Below, one piece after another: positions 13,971 to 24,270 of a DNA stretch of 64,000 nucleotides. The notes beneath the pieces were generated by a model. It was not told where the DNA came from and did not search any database. It saw nothing but the letters and a program-made list of their open reading frames with translations. A program made the position numbers and the translations under genes. Within the stretch, counting starts at the first letter, position 1; each line of letters begins with the position of its first letter. Source of the DNA: Escherichia coli (lineage in GTDB: Bacteria > Pseudomonadota > Gammaproteobacteria > Enterobacterales > Enterobacteriaceae); the NCBI RefSeq assembly GCF_013315695.1, contig NZ_CP054353.1. The stretch is one strand, 5' to 3'.

Positions 13971-15031
13971 TCTTTCAACTGTGGAATATGCGCCACACCA
14001 CTGCGCATAATCCACTTTCTTAAAGCTGGTGCGGTCAGGCATCGGCTTTTTACTATTTTGCCGAAGAGTTTTAAACGCAGTTTGCGGGTGGCGCGCCAGT
14101 AGGCGGCGTTGCTCTTCTCCGGCTGCTTCAGTAACACCGAACGCAGAATCTCTGCGCTATCCAGCGCATAGCTAATCCCCTCCAGCGAACTGGCGCTGAT
14201 AAATCCCGCCGCTTCACCAATCAGAAAGGCGTTGTCCTTACCGCAGACAAAATCCTGCCAGCGTGAGGGAAACAGCACGGTACATTTCTCGCTTTTCACC
14301 GCTTTACCAAACTGGAACTGAAAGGCGTTCATTTTCTCTTTCAGCGTCGTGAAACGCGTCTGACCGTCTTTCATGGGATAGGCACCGCCAAAGATAAAAT
14401 AACCGTCTTTGCTGATACTCCATGAGTAACAGTCAGTTATCGCATTATCAAAGATGCAGGAGTAGAACGGCACCGGATGTTTCTCTGCGAACCACTGCTG
14501 GATAGCGACATATTTACGAATTTGATGATCCGGGTAGAGATGTCGCCGCACCATCGAGTTTGCGCCATCGGCACCGACCAGATAGCGGGCAGTAATATGC
14601 TGCTCCCAACCGTCTGCACGAAAAATGACATGCCATTTATCATCCTCACGCCAGATTTTTCGGCACAGGCTGTCGTGGTAAACCTCAACGCTGGCGGGGA
14701 TCAGCGATTTCATCCACAAGTCGAAAGCATGGCGATTAATATTGATATAGCTTCGCTGGTAGTTACGCGTGAGCGATGCGGCGACGTCGACAGTTTTGAC
14801 GCTGAAAATCTGTGGATTGGCGATCACATCGACAGGAAGCGTCAGTCCATCGCGAATAAAAGATCGCTGCGCGTCCGGTGCCAGCAGACCGCCGCAGGGT
14901 TTGCTGAAACCTTCAGTACCACACTGGTGCTTTTTATCCAGCGCGATCACCTGCATTTTGCTGGCTAACGTTCGTGCCAACACCGACCCTGCCGGGCCGA
15001 GGCCAATAATCGCCACGTCGAAATGTTCCAT
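13967..15031 (-). CDS. cbrA: FAD-dependent oxidoreductase CbrA (colicin E2 tolerance), 354 aa
   Basis: ORF track 13967..15052; start at the ATG giving [16 protein letters not shown] (FAD-binding GxGxxG). Confidence 0.88.
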   Translation of the reverse strand: MEHFDVAIIGLGPAGSVLARTLASKMQVIALDKKHQCGTEGFSKPCGGLLAPDAQRSFIRDGLTLPVDVIANPQIFSVKTVDVAASLTRNYQRSYININRHAFDLWMKSLIPASVEVYHDSLCRKIWREDDKWHVIFRADGWEQHITARYLVGADGANSMVRRHLYPDHQIRKYVAIQQWFAEKHPVPFYSCIFDNAITDCYSWSISKDGYFIFGGAYPMKDGQTRFTTLKEKMNAFQFQFGKAVKSEKCTVLFPSRWQDFVCGKDNAFLIGEAAGFISASSLEGISYALDSAEILRSVLLKQPEKSNAAYWRATRKLRLKLFGKIVKSRCLTAPALRKWIMRSGVAHIPQLKD

Positions 15032-15095
15032 CTTTTCACTCACATTCATCACGATGGCGAAAGACTATTGTCTGAAAGTGAAGTCCTTGTGAAGT

Positions 15096-16346
15096 ATGAT
15101 GGCGGGACCCGTTTTGTATCAGGACCGCGCCATGAAACAGATAACCTTTGCTCCCCGTAATCACCTGCTCACCAATACCAATACCTGGACGCCCGACAGC
15201 CAGTGGCTGGTATTTGACGTGCGTCCTTCTGGCGCGTCGTTTACCGGCGAGACCATTGAGCGTGTGAATATCCATACCGGCGAGGTCGAGGTTATCTATC
15301 GCGCGTCACAGGGCGCGTACGTTGGCGTGGTGACCGTTCATCCGAAGTCAGAGAAATATGTTTTCATCCACGGCCCGGAAAATCCTGATGAAACATGGTA
15401 TTACGACTTTCATCATCGGCGTGGAGTGATTGTTGAAGGCGGCAAGGTGAGCAATCTCGATGCAATGGATATTACCGCGCCGTACACCCCAGGAGCACTG
15501 CGCGGCGGCAGCCATGTGCATGTCTTTAGCCCGAACGGTGAAAGGGTGAGCTTTACCTATAACGACCATGTAATGCATCAACTCGATTCGGCGCTGGATT
15601 TGCGAAACGTCGGCGTGGCTGCACCGTTTGGCCCGGTCAACGTACAAAAGCAGCATCCGCGTGAATACAGCGGTAGCCACTGGTGCGTGCTGGTGAGTAA
15701 AACCACGCCCACGCCGCAGCCTGGCAGCGATGAAATCAATCGTGCTTATGAAGAAGGATGGGTAGGAAATCACGCGCTGGCGTTTATTGGCGACACACTT
15801 TCGCCAAAGGGCGAGAAAGTGCCGGAGCTATTTATCGTTGAGTTACCGCAAGATGAAGCTGGCTGGAAAGCGGCAGGTGATGCGCCGTTAAGTGGAACGG
15901 AAACAACCCTGCCCGCGCCACCGCGCGGCGTCGTGCAGCGACGTTTAACCTTTACCCACCATCGGGCTTATCCGGGGTTAGTCAACGTCCCGCGCCACTG
16001 GGTGCGCTGTAATCCGCAGGGTACGCAAATCGCGTTTTTAATGCGTGATGATAACGGCATTGTGCAACTGTGGCTTATCTCGCCACAGGGCGGCGAGCCG
16101 CGCCAGTTAACCCATAACAAAACGGATATTCAGTCTGCATTTAACTGGCATCCGTCAGGAGAATGGTTGGGCTTTGTGCTGGATAATCGAATTGCTTGCG
16201 CCCATGCGCAAAGCGGCGAGGTTGAGTATTTAACCGAAAACCACGCCAATCCACCTTCTGCGGACGCCGTGGTCTTCTCGCCGGATGGTCAATGGCTGGC
16301 GTGGATGGAAGGCGGCCAGCTGTGGATCACCGAAACTGATCGCTAA
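15096..16346 (+). CDS. yidR: Conserved beta-propeller-like protein YidR, about 415 aa
   Basis: ORF track; two adjacent ATG codons at 15096 and 15099, exact start uncertain. Confidence 0.85.
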   Translation: MMAGPVLYQDRAMKQITFAPRNHLLTNTNTWTPDSQWLVFDVRPSGASFTGETIERVNIHTGEVEVIYRASQGAYVGVVTVHPKSEKYVFIHGPENPDETWYYDFHHRRGVIVEGGKVSNLDAMDITAPYTPGALRGGSHVHVFSPNGERVSFTYNDHVMHQLDSALDLRNVGVAAPFGPVNVQKQHPREYSGSHWCVLVSKTTPTPQPGSDEINRAYEEGWVGNHALAFIGDTLSPKGEKVPELFIVELPQDEAGWKAAGDAPLSGTETTLPAPPRGVVQRRLTFTHHRAYPGLVNVPRHWVRCNPQGTQIAFLMRDDNGIVQLWLISPQGGEPRQLTHNKTDIQSAFNWHPSGEWLGFVLDNRIACAHAQSGEVEYLTENHANPPSADAVVFSPDGQWLAWMEGGQLWITETDR

Positions 16347-16347
16347 A

Positions 16348-16680
16348 TCAGTTATCAGGCATTCTGGCCGGTGGAATAACCGCATTGGTGGCTTGTGCGT
16401 TGGCTTCGCTTTTTTCAACGCGCGAGCGCACTGAGCTATCTTTGCGGAACACATCCCACGGTAGCAATATTGTGTCCAGTACTGCGGTAAATGGCATGTC
16501 GAGTATCGCCAGCGATTTTGTGCCCCAGTTGGTTTCATCGTCGCCAATCATAGTTGCGCTGGCGCGGGTGCCAGGATACGTTCCTTCTTTCCCCCCGGTA
16601 TGGGACATCACGCTGGAGCATCCTCCGAGTAATGTCATTCCGCTGCATATCATGAACGCTAACAACACATTTCTTATCAT
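16348..16680 (-). CDS. yidQ: Predicted outer-membrane lipoprotein YidQ, 110 aa
   Basis: ORF track 16348..16755; start trimmed to the ATG giving MIRNVLLAFMICSGMTLLGGCSS (lipobox). Confidence 0.82.
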   Translation of the reverse strand: MIRNVLLAFMICSGMTLLGGCSSVMSHTGGKEGTYPGTRASATMIGDDETNWGTKSLAILDMPFTAVLDTILLPWDVFRKDSSVRSRVEKSEANAQATNAVIPPARMPDN

Positions 16681-16854
16681 AATAAATTCATCTGTTGATC
16701 GTGGGTGTTGGCCTGATGAGTTATAGCGATCCCTTGCTGAAAATAACATCATCATTACGTCGCACTGTGGCGGCTATCGCACTTTAACGTTTCGTGCTGC
16801 CCCCTCAGTCTATGCAATAGACCATAAACTGCAAAAAAAAGTCCGCTGATAAGG

Positions 16855-16883
16855 CTTGAAAAGTTCATTTCCAGACCCATTTT
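16855..16883 (+). promoter_or_regulatory. Sigma-32 heat-shock promoter of ibpAB
   Basis: CTTGAAA (-35) and CCCATTT (-10) with 13-bp spacing, about 100 bp upstream of ibpA. Confidence 0.75.
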
Positions 16884-16889
16884 TACATC

Positions 16890-16985
16890 GTAGCCGATGA
16901 GGACGCGCCTGATGGGTGTTCTGGCTACCTGACCTGTCCATTGTGGAAGGTCTTAGATTCTCGCTGATTTCAGGAGCTATTGATT
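16890..16985 (+). promoter_or_regulatory. ibpA 5' UTR, expected ROSE-type RNA thermometer
   Basis: Position between the sigma-32 promoter and the ibpA start; structure not folded here, assignment from established knowledge. Confidence 0.5.
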
Positions 16986-17399
16986 ATGCGTAACTTTGAT
17001 TTATCCCCGCTTTACCGTTCTGCTATTGGATTTGACCGTTTGTTTAACCACTTAGAAAACAACCAGAGCCAGAGTAATGGCGGCTACCCTCCGTATAACG
17101 TTGAACTGGTAGACGAAAACCATTACCGCATTGCTATCGCTGTGGCTGGTTTTGCTGAGAGCGAACTGGAAATTACCGCCCAGGATAATCTGCTGGTGGT
17201 GAAAGGTGCTCACGCCGACGAACAAAAAGAGCGCACCTATCTGTACCAGGGCATCGCTGAACGCAACTTTGAACGCAAATTCCAGTTAGCTGAGAACATT
17301 CATGTTCGTGGTGCTAACTTGGTGAATGGTCTGCTGTATATCGATCTCGAACGCGTGATTCCGGAAGCGAAAAAACCGCGCCGTATCGAAATCAACTAA
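16986..17399 (+). CDS. ibpA: Small heat-shock protein IbpA, 137 aa
   Basis: ORF track 16980..17399; N-terminus [20 protein letters not shown]. Confidence 0.96.
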
Positions 17400-17510
17400 T
17401 TCCCTAAGGCCGCCTGGCGCGGCCTGACATTTCCATGCTCGCCGTCAGGGAGCATATGCGAATCTTCGGATTTGCAGGTACTTACTCGCTTCTTAGAAGG
17501 AGAAATGACT

Positions 17511-17939
17511 ATGCGTAACTTCGATTTATCCCCACTGATGCGTCAATGGATCGGTTTTGACAAACTGGCCAACGCACTGCAAAACGCCGGTGAAAGCCAG
17601 AGCTTCCCGCCGTACAACATTGAAAAAAGCGACGATAACCACTACCGCATTACCCTTGCGCTGGCAGGTTTTCGTCAGGAAGATTTAGAGATTCAACTGG
17701 AAGGTACGCGCCTGAGCGTAAAAGGCACGCCGGAGCAGCCAAAAGAAGAGAAAAAATGGCTGCATCAAGGGCTTATGAATCAGCCATTTAGCCTGAGCTT
17801 TACGCTGGCTGAAAATATGGAAGTCTCTGGTGCAACCTTCGTAAACGGTTTACTGCATATTGATTTAATTCGTAATGAGCCTGAACCCATCGCAGCGCAG
17901 CGTATCGCTATCAGCGAACGTCCCGCGTTAAATAGCTAA
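17511..17939 (+). CDS. ibpB: Small heat-shock protein IbpB, 142 aa
   Basis: ORF track 17472..17939; start at the ATG giving [20 protein letters not shown]. Confidence 0.96.
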
Positions 17940-17954
17940 CTAGCTATTCTCTTT

Positions 17955-17983
17955 GCCCCGCCATTCTGGTGGGGCTTTTTTTG
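17955..17983 (+). terminator. Rho-independent terminator of ibpAB
   Basis: GCCCCGCC...GGTGGGGC stem followed by an 8-T run. Confidence 0.8.
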
Positions 17984-18134
17984 TCTTTCTTCTTCAACAA
18001 TGCGTTAAATTTCGCCTGTTTAAGATATTTCGGCACGTTCTTTCCCGTGATAATGTGCGCTATAAGGCAAATCTGCTTCACCGATTCAGCCATAATCCGT
18101 AGCAATTAAAATGTTATCTCAAGAGAAATGGACG

Positions 18135-19796
18135 ATGAGTGATATAGCATTAACGGTCAGTATTCTGGCTTTGGTGGCAGTCGTCGGTTTGTTTATCGGC
18201 AACGTCAAATTTCGCGGCATAGGATTAGGTATTGGCGGCGTGCTGTTTGGTGGGATCATCGTCGGCCATTTTGTTTCTCAGGCGGGGATGACATTAAGTA
18301 GCGATATGCTGCATGTTATTCAGGAATTTGGCCTGATCCTGTTCGTTTATACCATCGGGATTCAGGTAGGGCCGGGCTTCTTTGCCTCATTGCGCGTCTC
18401 CGGATTACGCCTCAACCTGTTTGCTGTTCTGATCGTCATCATCGGGGGTCTGGTTACCGCCATCCTGCATAAACTGTTTGATATTCCACTGCCGGTAGTG
18501 CTGGGGATTTTCTCCGGTGCGGTAACCAATACGCCAGCGCTGGGGGCAGGGCAGCAGATCTTGCGCGACCTGGGTACACCAATGGAAATGGTCGATCAGA
18601 TGGGGATGAGTTACGCGATGGCGTATCCATTCGGTATTTGCGGGATTTTGTTCACCATGTGGATGTTGCGGGTTATGTTCCGCGTCAATGTCGAGACAGA
18701 AGCCCAGCAGCACGAGTCTTCTCGCACCAATGGCGGCGCGCTGATCAGGACTATCAATATTCGCGTTGAGAACCCTAACCTGCATGATTTAGCCATTAAA
18801 GATGTACCGATTCTCAACGGCGACAAAATTATCTGCTCGCGTCTGAAACGCGAAGAAACCCTAAAAGTACCTTCGCCAGATACCATTATCCAACTGGGCG
18901 ATTTGCTGCATCTGGTGGGGCAGCCAGCGGATTTACATAATGCGCAACTGGTGATTGGTCAGGAGGTCGATACCTCGCTGTCCACGAAAGGCACTGATTT
19001 ACGCGTCGAGCGTGTGGTGGTCACCAATGAAAACGTGCTTGGTAAGCGTATTCGCGACCTGCACTTTAAAGAACGCTATGACGTTGTTATCTCGCGCCTG
19101 AACCGTGCCGGGGTCGAACTGGTCGCCAGTGGCGATATCAGCCTGCAGTTCGGCGATATCCTCAACCTGGTGGGGCGTCCGTCCGCAATTGATGCCGTTG
19201 CCAATGTGCTGGGGAATGCGCAGCAAAAACTGCAACAGGTTCAGATGTTGCCGGTGTTTATTGGTATCGGGCTTGGCGTATTGTTAGGTTCTATTCCCGT
19301 CTTTGTGCCGGGATTCCCGGCCGCGTTGAAACTGGGGCTGGCGGGCGGTCCGCTGATTATGGCGTTGATCCTCGGGCGTATCGGCAGTATCGGCAAGCTG
19401 TACTGGTTTATGCCGCCAAGTGCCAACCTCGCGCTGCGGGAGCTGGGGATCGTACTGTTCCTCTCGGTAGTGGGGCTGAAATCTGGTGGGGATTTTGTAA
19501 ATACCCTGGTCAATGGCGAAGGGCTAAGCTGGATTGGTTATGGTGCGCTGATCACCGCCGTTCCGCTGATTACTGTTGGCATTCTGGCGCGGATGTTAGC
19601 CAAAATGAATTACCTGACCATGTGCGGGATGCTGGCTGGCTCCATGACCGATCCACCGGCGCTGGCGTTTGCTAATAATCTTCATCCAACCAGCGGTGCG
19701 GCGGCGCTTTCTTACGCCACTGTCTATCCGTTGGTGATGTTCCTGCGCATTATCACCCCCCAATTACTGGCGGTGCTCTTCTGGAGTATCGGTTAA
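18135..19796 (+). CDS. yidE: Putative AAE-family transporter YidE with two TrkA-C domains, 553 aa
   Basis: ORF track 18111..19796; start at the ATG giving [20 protein letters not shown]. Confidence 0.9.
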   Translation: MSDIALTVSILALVAVVGLFIGNVKFRGIGLGIGGVLFGGIIVGHFVSQAGMTLSSDMLHVIQEFGLILFVYTIGIQVGPGFFASLRVSGLRLNLFAVLIVIIGGLVTAILHKLFDIPLPVVLGIFSGAVTNTPALGAGQQILRDLGTPMEMVDQMGMSYAMAYPFGICGILFTMWMLRVMFRVNVETEAQQHESSRTNGGALIRTINIRVENPNLHDLAIKDVPILNGDKIICSRLKREETLKVPSPDTIIQLGDLLHLVGQPADLHNAQLVIGQEVDTSLSTKGTDLRVERVVVTNENVLGKRIRDLHFKERYDVVISRLNRAGVELVASGDISLQFGDILNLVGRPSAIDAVANVLGNAQQKLQQVQMLPVFIGIGLGVLLGSIPVFVPGFPAALKLGLAGGPLIMALILGRIGSIGKLYWFMPPSANLALRELGIVLFLSVVGLKSGGDFVNTLVNGEGLSWIGYGALITAVPLITVGILARMLAKMNYLTMCGMLAGSMTDPPALAFANNLHPTSGAAALSYATVYPLVMFLRIITPQLLAVLFWSIG

Positions 19797-20237
19797 CTCT
19801 TTTCCGGGTGGAGTCGCCGTAAATGGTACTCCACCTGGTATTCGCTGGCATTTCTGAACATTACTGAATAATTCAAAAACTCCCCGCTCTCGCTATATGA
19901 CAACGAGGTGATCCGCAGCAGTGGCGTGTGTTCCGCTACCTTCATTTGCCGCGCCAGCAGTCTATCGGCGAGCACCAGCGTCAGGCTTTCATAATTACCG
20001 CCAATCAGAATCCCGCACTCTTGTTCAATATATTCAAACTTCGACCCTTCCAGATGTTGCAGCGAAAGGTTACGGAACAGTTTTACCGGCATATAGCTGT
20101 CTTCCAGCATCAGCGGTTTCCCTTCCACAAAACGAACGCGACGGGAGAAGTAGATCTGCTCGTTGATTTGAATCCGTAACTGGCTGGCAATGGCCGGAGG
20201 CGCAGGCATGATTTCAAAAATCAGCACCTGGCTGGTG
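19793..20237 (-). pseudogene. yidP: 5'-truncated yidP (GntR-family regulator): only the C-terminal ~148 codons (effector/UTRA-type domain) remain
   Basis: Reading frame is open from the IS4 boundary at 20237 to the stop at 19793 with no ATG at its 5' end; the N-terminal HTH-encoding part is absent from the window. Confidence 0.8.
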
Positions 20238-20255
20238 TAATGCCGATCAGTTAAG
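20238..20255. repeat. IS4 left terminal inverted repeat
   Basis: TAATGCCGATCAGTTAAG matches the reverse complement of the right end in 16 of 18 positions. Confidence 0.85.
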
Positions 20256-20321
20256 GATCAGTTGACCGATCCAGTGGCTGTGTAAGAATCCGGAAACGCT
20301 CACTTGTTTCCGGATTTTTTT

Positions 20322-21650
20322 ATGCACATTGGACAGGCTCTTGATCTGGTATCCCGTTACGATTCTCTGCGTAACCCACTGACTTCTCTGGGGGATTACC
20401 TCGACCCCGAACTCATCTCTCGTTGCCTTGCCGAATCAGGTACTGTAACGCTACGCAAGCGCCGTCTTCCCCTCGAAATGATGGTCTGGTGTATTGTTGG
20501 CATGGCGCTTGAGCGTAAAGAACCTCTTCACCAGATTGTGAATCGCCTGGACATCATGCTGCCGGGCAATCGCCCCTTCGTTGCCCCCAGTGCCGTTATT
20601 CAGGCCCGCCAGCGCCTGGGAAGTGAGGCTGTCCGCCGCGTGTTCACGAAAACAGCGCAGCTCTGGCATAACGCCACGCCGCATCCGCACTGGTGCGGCC
20701 TGACCCTGCTGGCCATCGATGGTGTGTTCTGGCGCACACCGGATACACCAGAGAACGATGCAGCCTTCCCCCGCCAGACACATGCCGGGAACCCGGCGCT
20801 CTACCCGCAGGTCAAAATGGTCTGCCAGATGGAACTGACCAGCCATCTGCTGACGGCTGCAGCCTTCGGCACGATGAAGAACAGCGAAAATGAGCTTGCT
20901 GAGCAACTTATAGAACAAACCGGCGATAACACTCTGACGTTAATGGATAAAGGTTATTACTCACTGGGACTGTTAAATGCCTGGAGCCTGGCGGGAGAAC
21001 ACCGCCACTGGATGATACCTCTCAGAAAGGGAGCGCAATATGAAGAGATCAGAAAACTGGGTAAAGGCGATCATCTGGTGAAGCTGAAAACCAGCCCGCA
21101 GGCACGAAAAAAGTGGCCGGGACTGGGAAATGAAGTGACAGCCCGCCTGCTGACCGTGACGCGCAAAGGAAAAGTCTGCCATCTGCTGACGTCGATGACG
21201 GACGCCATGCGCTTCCCCGGAGGAGAAATGGCGGATCTGTACAGTCATCGCTGGGAAATCGAACTGGGATACAGGGAGATAAAACAGACGATGCAACTGA
21301 GCAGGCTGACGCTGAGAAGTAAAAAACCGGAGCTTGTGGAGCAAGAGCTGTGGGGTGTCTTACTGGCTTATAATCTGGTGAGATATCAGATGATTAAAAT
21401 GGCGGAACATCTGAAAGGTTACTGGCCGAATCAACTGAGTTTCTCAGAATCATGCGGAATGGTGATGAGAATGCTGATGACATTGCAGGGCGCTTCACCG
21501 GGACGTATACCGGAGCTGATGCGCGATCTTGCAAGTATGGGACAACTTGTGAAATTACCGACAAGAAGGGAAAGGGCCTTCCCGAGAGTGGTAAAGGAGA
21601 GGCCCTGGAAATACCCCACAGCCCCGAAAAAGAGCCAGTCAGTTGCTTAA
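20322..21650 (+). CDS. insG: IS4 transposase, 442 aa
   Basis: ORF track 20304..21650; start at the ATG giving [24 protein letters not shown], recognised as the IS4 transposase. Confidence 0.92.
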   Translation: MHIGQALDLVSRYDSLRNPLTSLGDYLDPELISRCLAESGTVTLRKRRLPLEMMVWCIVGMALERKEPLHQIVNRLDIMLPGNRPFVAPSAVIQARQRLGSEAVRRVFTKTAQLWHNATPHPHWCGLTLLAIDGVFWRTPDTPENDAAFPRQTHAGNPALYPQVKMVCQMELTSHLLTAAAFGTMKNSENELAEQLIEQTGDNTLTLMDKGYYSLGLLNAWSLAGEHRHWMIPLRKGAQYEEIRKLGKGDHLVKLKTSPQARKKWPGLGNEVTARLLTVTRKGKVCHLLTSMTDAMRFPGGEMADLYSHRWEIELGYREIKQTMQLSRLTLRSKKPELVEQELWGVLLAYNLVRYQMIKMAEHLKGYWPNQLSFSESCGMVMRMLMTLQGASPGRIPELMRDLASMGQLVKLPTRRERAFPRVVKERPWKYPTAPKKSQSVA

Positions 21651-21663
21651 CTGACTGGCATTA
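21646..21663. repeat. IS4 right terminal inverted repeat
   Basis: Reverse complement TAATGCCAGTCAGTTAAG. Confidence 0.85.
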
Positions 21664-21808
21664 CTCAAAGGGGGGGTATTTTTCTTTGAGCCAGGTTAAT
21701 GTGGCCGCATTTAGGAGTACGATTTTGCCGTTAATCGTGCATACTGTGCGCTTTTTTGTGGGCCAAGGGACTAAGCACACATTTCATATTTCAACGAAAG
21801 ACTAGTCT

Positions 21809-23677
21809 ATGAGCACTGATAATAAGCAATCATTGCCCGCGATTACCCTCGCGGCGATTGGAGTTGTCTACGGCGATATTGGTACCAGCCCGTTATATAC
21901 ACTTCGTGAATGTTTGTCCGGCCAGTTTGGTTTTGGCGTTGAACGCGATGCCGTGTTTGGCTTTTTATCGCTGATCTTCTGGCTGCTAATCTTTGTGGTT
22001 TCCATTAAATATCTCACCTTCGTGATGCGGGCAGATAACGCCGGTGAAGGGGGGATCCTGACGTTGATGTCGCTTGCCGGGCGTAATACGTCGGCGCGAA
22101 CCACATCAATGCTGGTGATTATGGGGCTAATCGGCGGCAGCTTTTTCTATGGTGAAGTCGTCATAACACCCGCTATTTCGGTGATGTCAGCCATTGAAGG
22201 TCTGGAAATCGTCGCCCCGCAGCTGGATACCTGGATAGTTCCCCTCTCAATTATCGTTCTCACTTTATTATTTATGATTCAAAAACATGGCACGGCTATG
22301 GTCGGTAAGCTGTTTGCACCGATCATGCTGACCTGGTTTTTGATTCTGGCAGGGCTGGGGTTACGTAGCATTATTGCTAACCCGGAAGTGCTGCATGCAC
22401 TGAATCCGATGTGGGCGGTGCATTTCTTCCTTGAATACAAAACGGTTTCTTTTATTGCATTAGGGGCAGTGGTGCTGTCGATTACGGGGGTCGAGGCGCT
22501 GTATGCTGATATGGGGCACTTTGGTAAGTTCCCTATTCGTCTGGCGTGGTTCACCGTCGTATTGCCTTCCTTAACCCTTAATTACTTCGGCCAGGGAGCG
22601 CTGTTGTTAAAGAATCCGGAAGCGATTAAGAACCCGTTCTTCCTGTTGGCACCGGACTGGGCGCTGATCCCGCTGCTGATCATCGCCGCACTGGCGACGG
22701 TAATTGCCTCGCAGGCGGTTATCTCTGGCGTCTTCTCATTGACGCGTCAGGCGGTACGTCTGGGATATTTGTCGCCGATGCGCATTATTCACACCTCCGA
22801 AATGGAGTCAGGGCAAATCTATATTCCGTTTGTGAACTGGATGCTCTATGTCGCGGTCGTGATTGTGATTGTCAGCTTTGAGCACTCCAGCAACCTGGCG
22901 GCGGCGTACGGGATTGCGGTGACCGGAACCATGGTGCTGACGTCTATTCTCTCGACTACCGTGGCACGTCAGAACTGGCACTGGAATAAGTATTTTGTTG
23001 CGCTGATCCTGATTGCTTTCCTTTGTGTCGATATTCCATTGTTCACCGCTAACCTCGATAAACTGCTCTCCGGCGGCTGGTTGCCATTGAGCCTCGGTAC
23101 GGTGATGTTTATCGTGATGACCACCTGGAAGAGCGAACGTTTCCGTTTGCTGCGGCGGATGCATGAACATGGTAACTCTCTGGAGGCGATGATTGCTTCG
23201 CTGGAGAAATCACCGCCCGTTCGCGTGCCCGGGACCGCGGTGTATATGTCACGTGCAATCAACGTCATTCCCTTTGCGCTGATGCATAACCTTAAACATA
23301 ACAAGGTATTGCATGAGCGGGTGATTCTGTTAACTTTGCGCACCGAAGACGCGCCTTATGTCCATAACGTCCGTCGGGTACAGATTGAACAACTGTCGCC
23401 CACTTTCTGGCGCGTGGTGGCAAGTTATGGTTGGCGAGAAACGCCAAACGTGGAAGAAGTTTTCCACCGCTGCGGTCTGGAAGGATTAAGTTGCCGGATG
23501 ATGGAAACCTCCTTCTTTATGTCGCATGAGTCGTTGATCCTCGGCAAACGCCCGTGGTATTTGCGTCTGCGCGGCAAGCTGTACTTGCTGCTGCAACGTA
23601 ATGCGCTGCGTGCGCCGGATCAATTTGAAATCCCGCCAAACAGGGTTATCGAACTGGGTACTCAGGTCGAAATCTAA
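21809..23677 (+). CDS. kup: Low-affinity K+ uptake protein Kup (TrkD), 622 aa
   Basis: ORF track; only 145 bp of native upstream sequence lie between the IS4 right end and the start codon. Confidence 0.96.
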
Positions 23678-23812
23678 CGCCAGACGCCTCCTTTCTCCAT
23701 AAGGGGGCGTTTTTGTTTTCATGGTTAATCACCATGTAAAACGTTTCGAAGTTGATCACATTTCCGTAACGTCACGATGGTTTTCCCAACTCAGTCAGGA
23801 TTAAACTGCGGG

Positions 23813-23832
23813 TCAGCGAAACGTTTCGCTGA
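23813..23832 (+). promoter_or_regulatory. RbsR operator in the rbs promoter region
   Basis: Perfect 20-bp palindrome TCAGCGAAACGTTTCGCTGA 12 bp upstream of rbsD, typical LacI/GalR-family operator. Confidence 0.85.
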
Positions 23833-23843
23833 TGGAGAAAAAA

Positions 23844-24263
23844 ATGAAAAAAGGCACCGTTCTTAATTCTGATATTTCATCGGTGATCTCCCGTCTGGGA
23901 CATACCGATACGCTGGTGGTGTGTGATGCTGGTTTACCCATCCCCAAAAGTACAACGCGTATCGATATGGCATTAACCCAGGGGGTACCTTCTTTTATGC
24001 AGGTGCTGGGCGTCGTCACAAATGAAATGCAGGTCGAAGCTGCCATTATCGCGGAAGAGATCAAACAACATAATCCGCAACTCCACGAAACGTTGCTCAC
24101 TCACCTTGAGCAGCTGCAAAAACACCAGGGAAATACCATTGAAATTCGTTACACCACGCATGAACAATTCAAACAACAAACCGCAGAAAGTCAGGCGGTA
24201 ATTCGCAGCGGAGAATGTTCTCCGTATGCGAATATCATTCTCTGTGCTGGCGTGACGTTCTGA
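23844..24263 (+). CDS. rbsD: D-ribose pyranase RbsD, 139 aa
   Basis: ORF track 23832..24263; start at the ATG giving [20 protein letters not shown]. Confidence 0.93.
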
Positions 24264-24270
24264 GGCCGTC

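Larger units (their letters stand above)
20238..21663 (+). mobile_element. Insertion sequence IS4, complete 1426 bp, no flanking target-site duplication
   Basis: Imperfect 18-bp terminal inverted repeats; single long DDE transposase ORF; length equals canonical IS4; the 12 bp outside each end (ACCTGGCTGGTG vs CTCAAAGGGGGG) are unrelated. Confidence 0.92.

Noticed and set aside
17400-17510. Possible sigma-54 promoter for ibpB in the ibpA-ibpB spacer
   Set aside because: No convincing TGGCAC-N5-TTGCA element found; only a GGCCGC...GCGGCC hairpin consistent with partial termination or RNA processing after ibpA.
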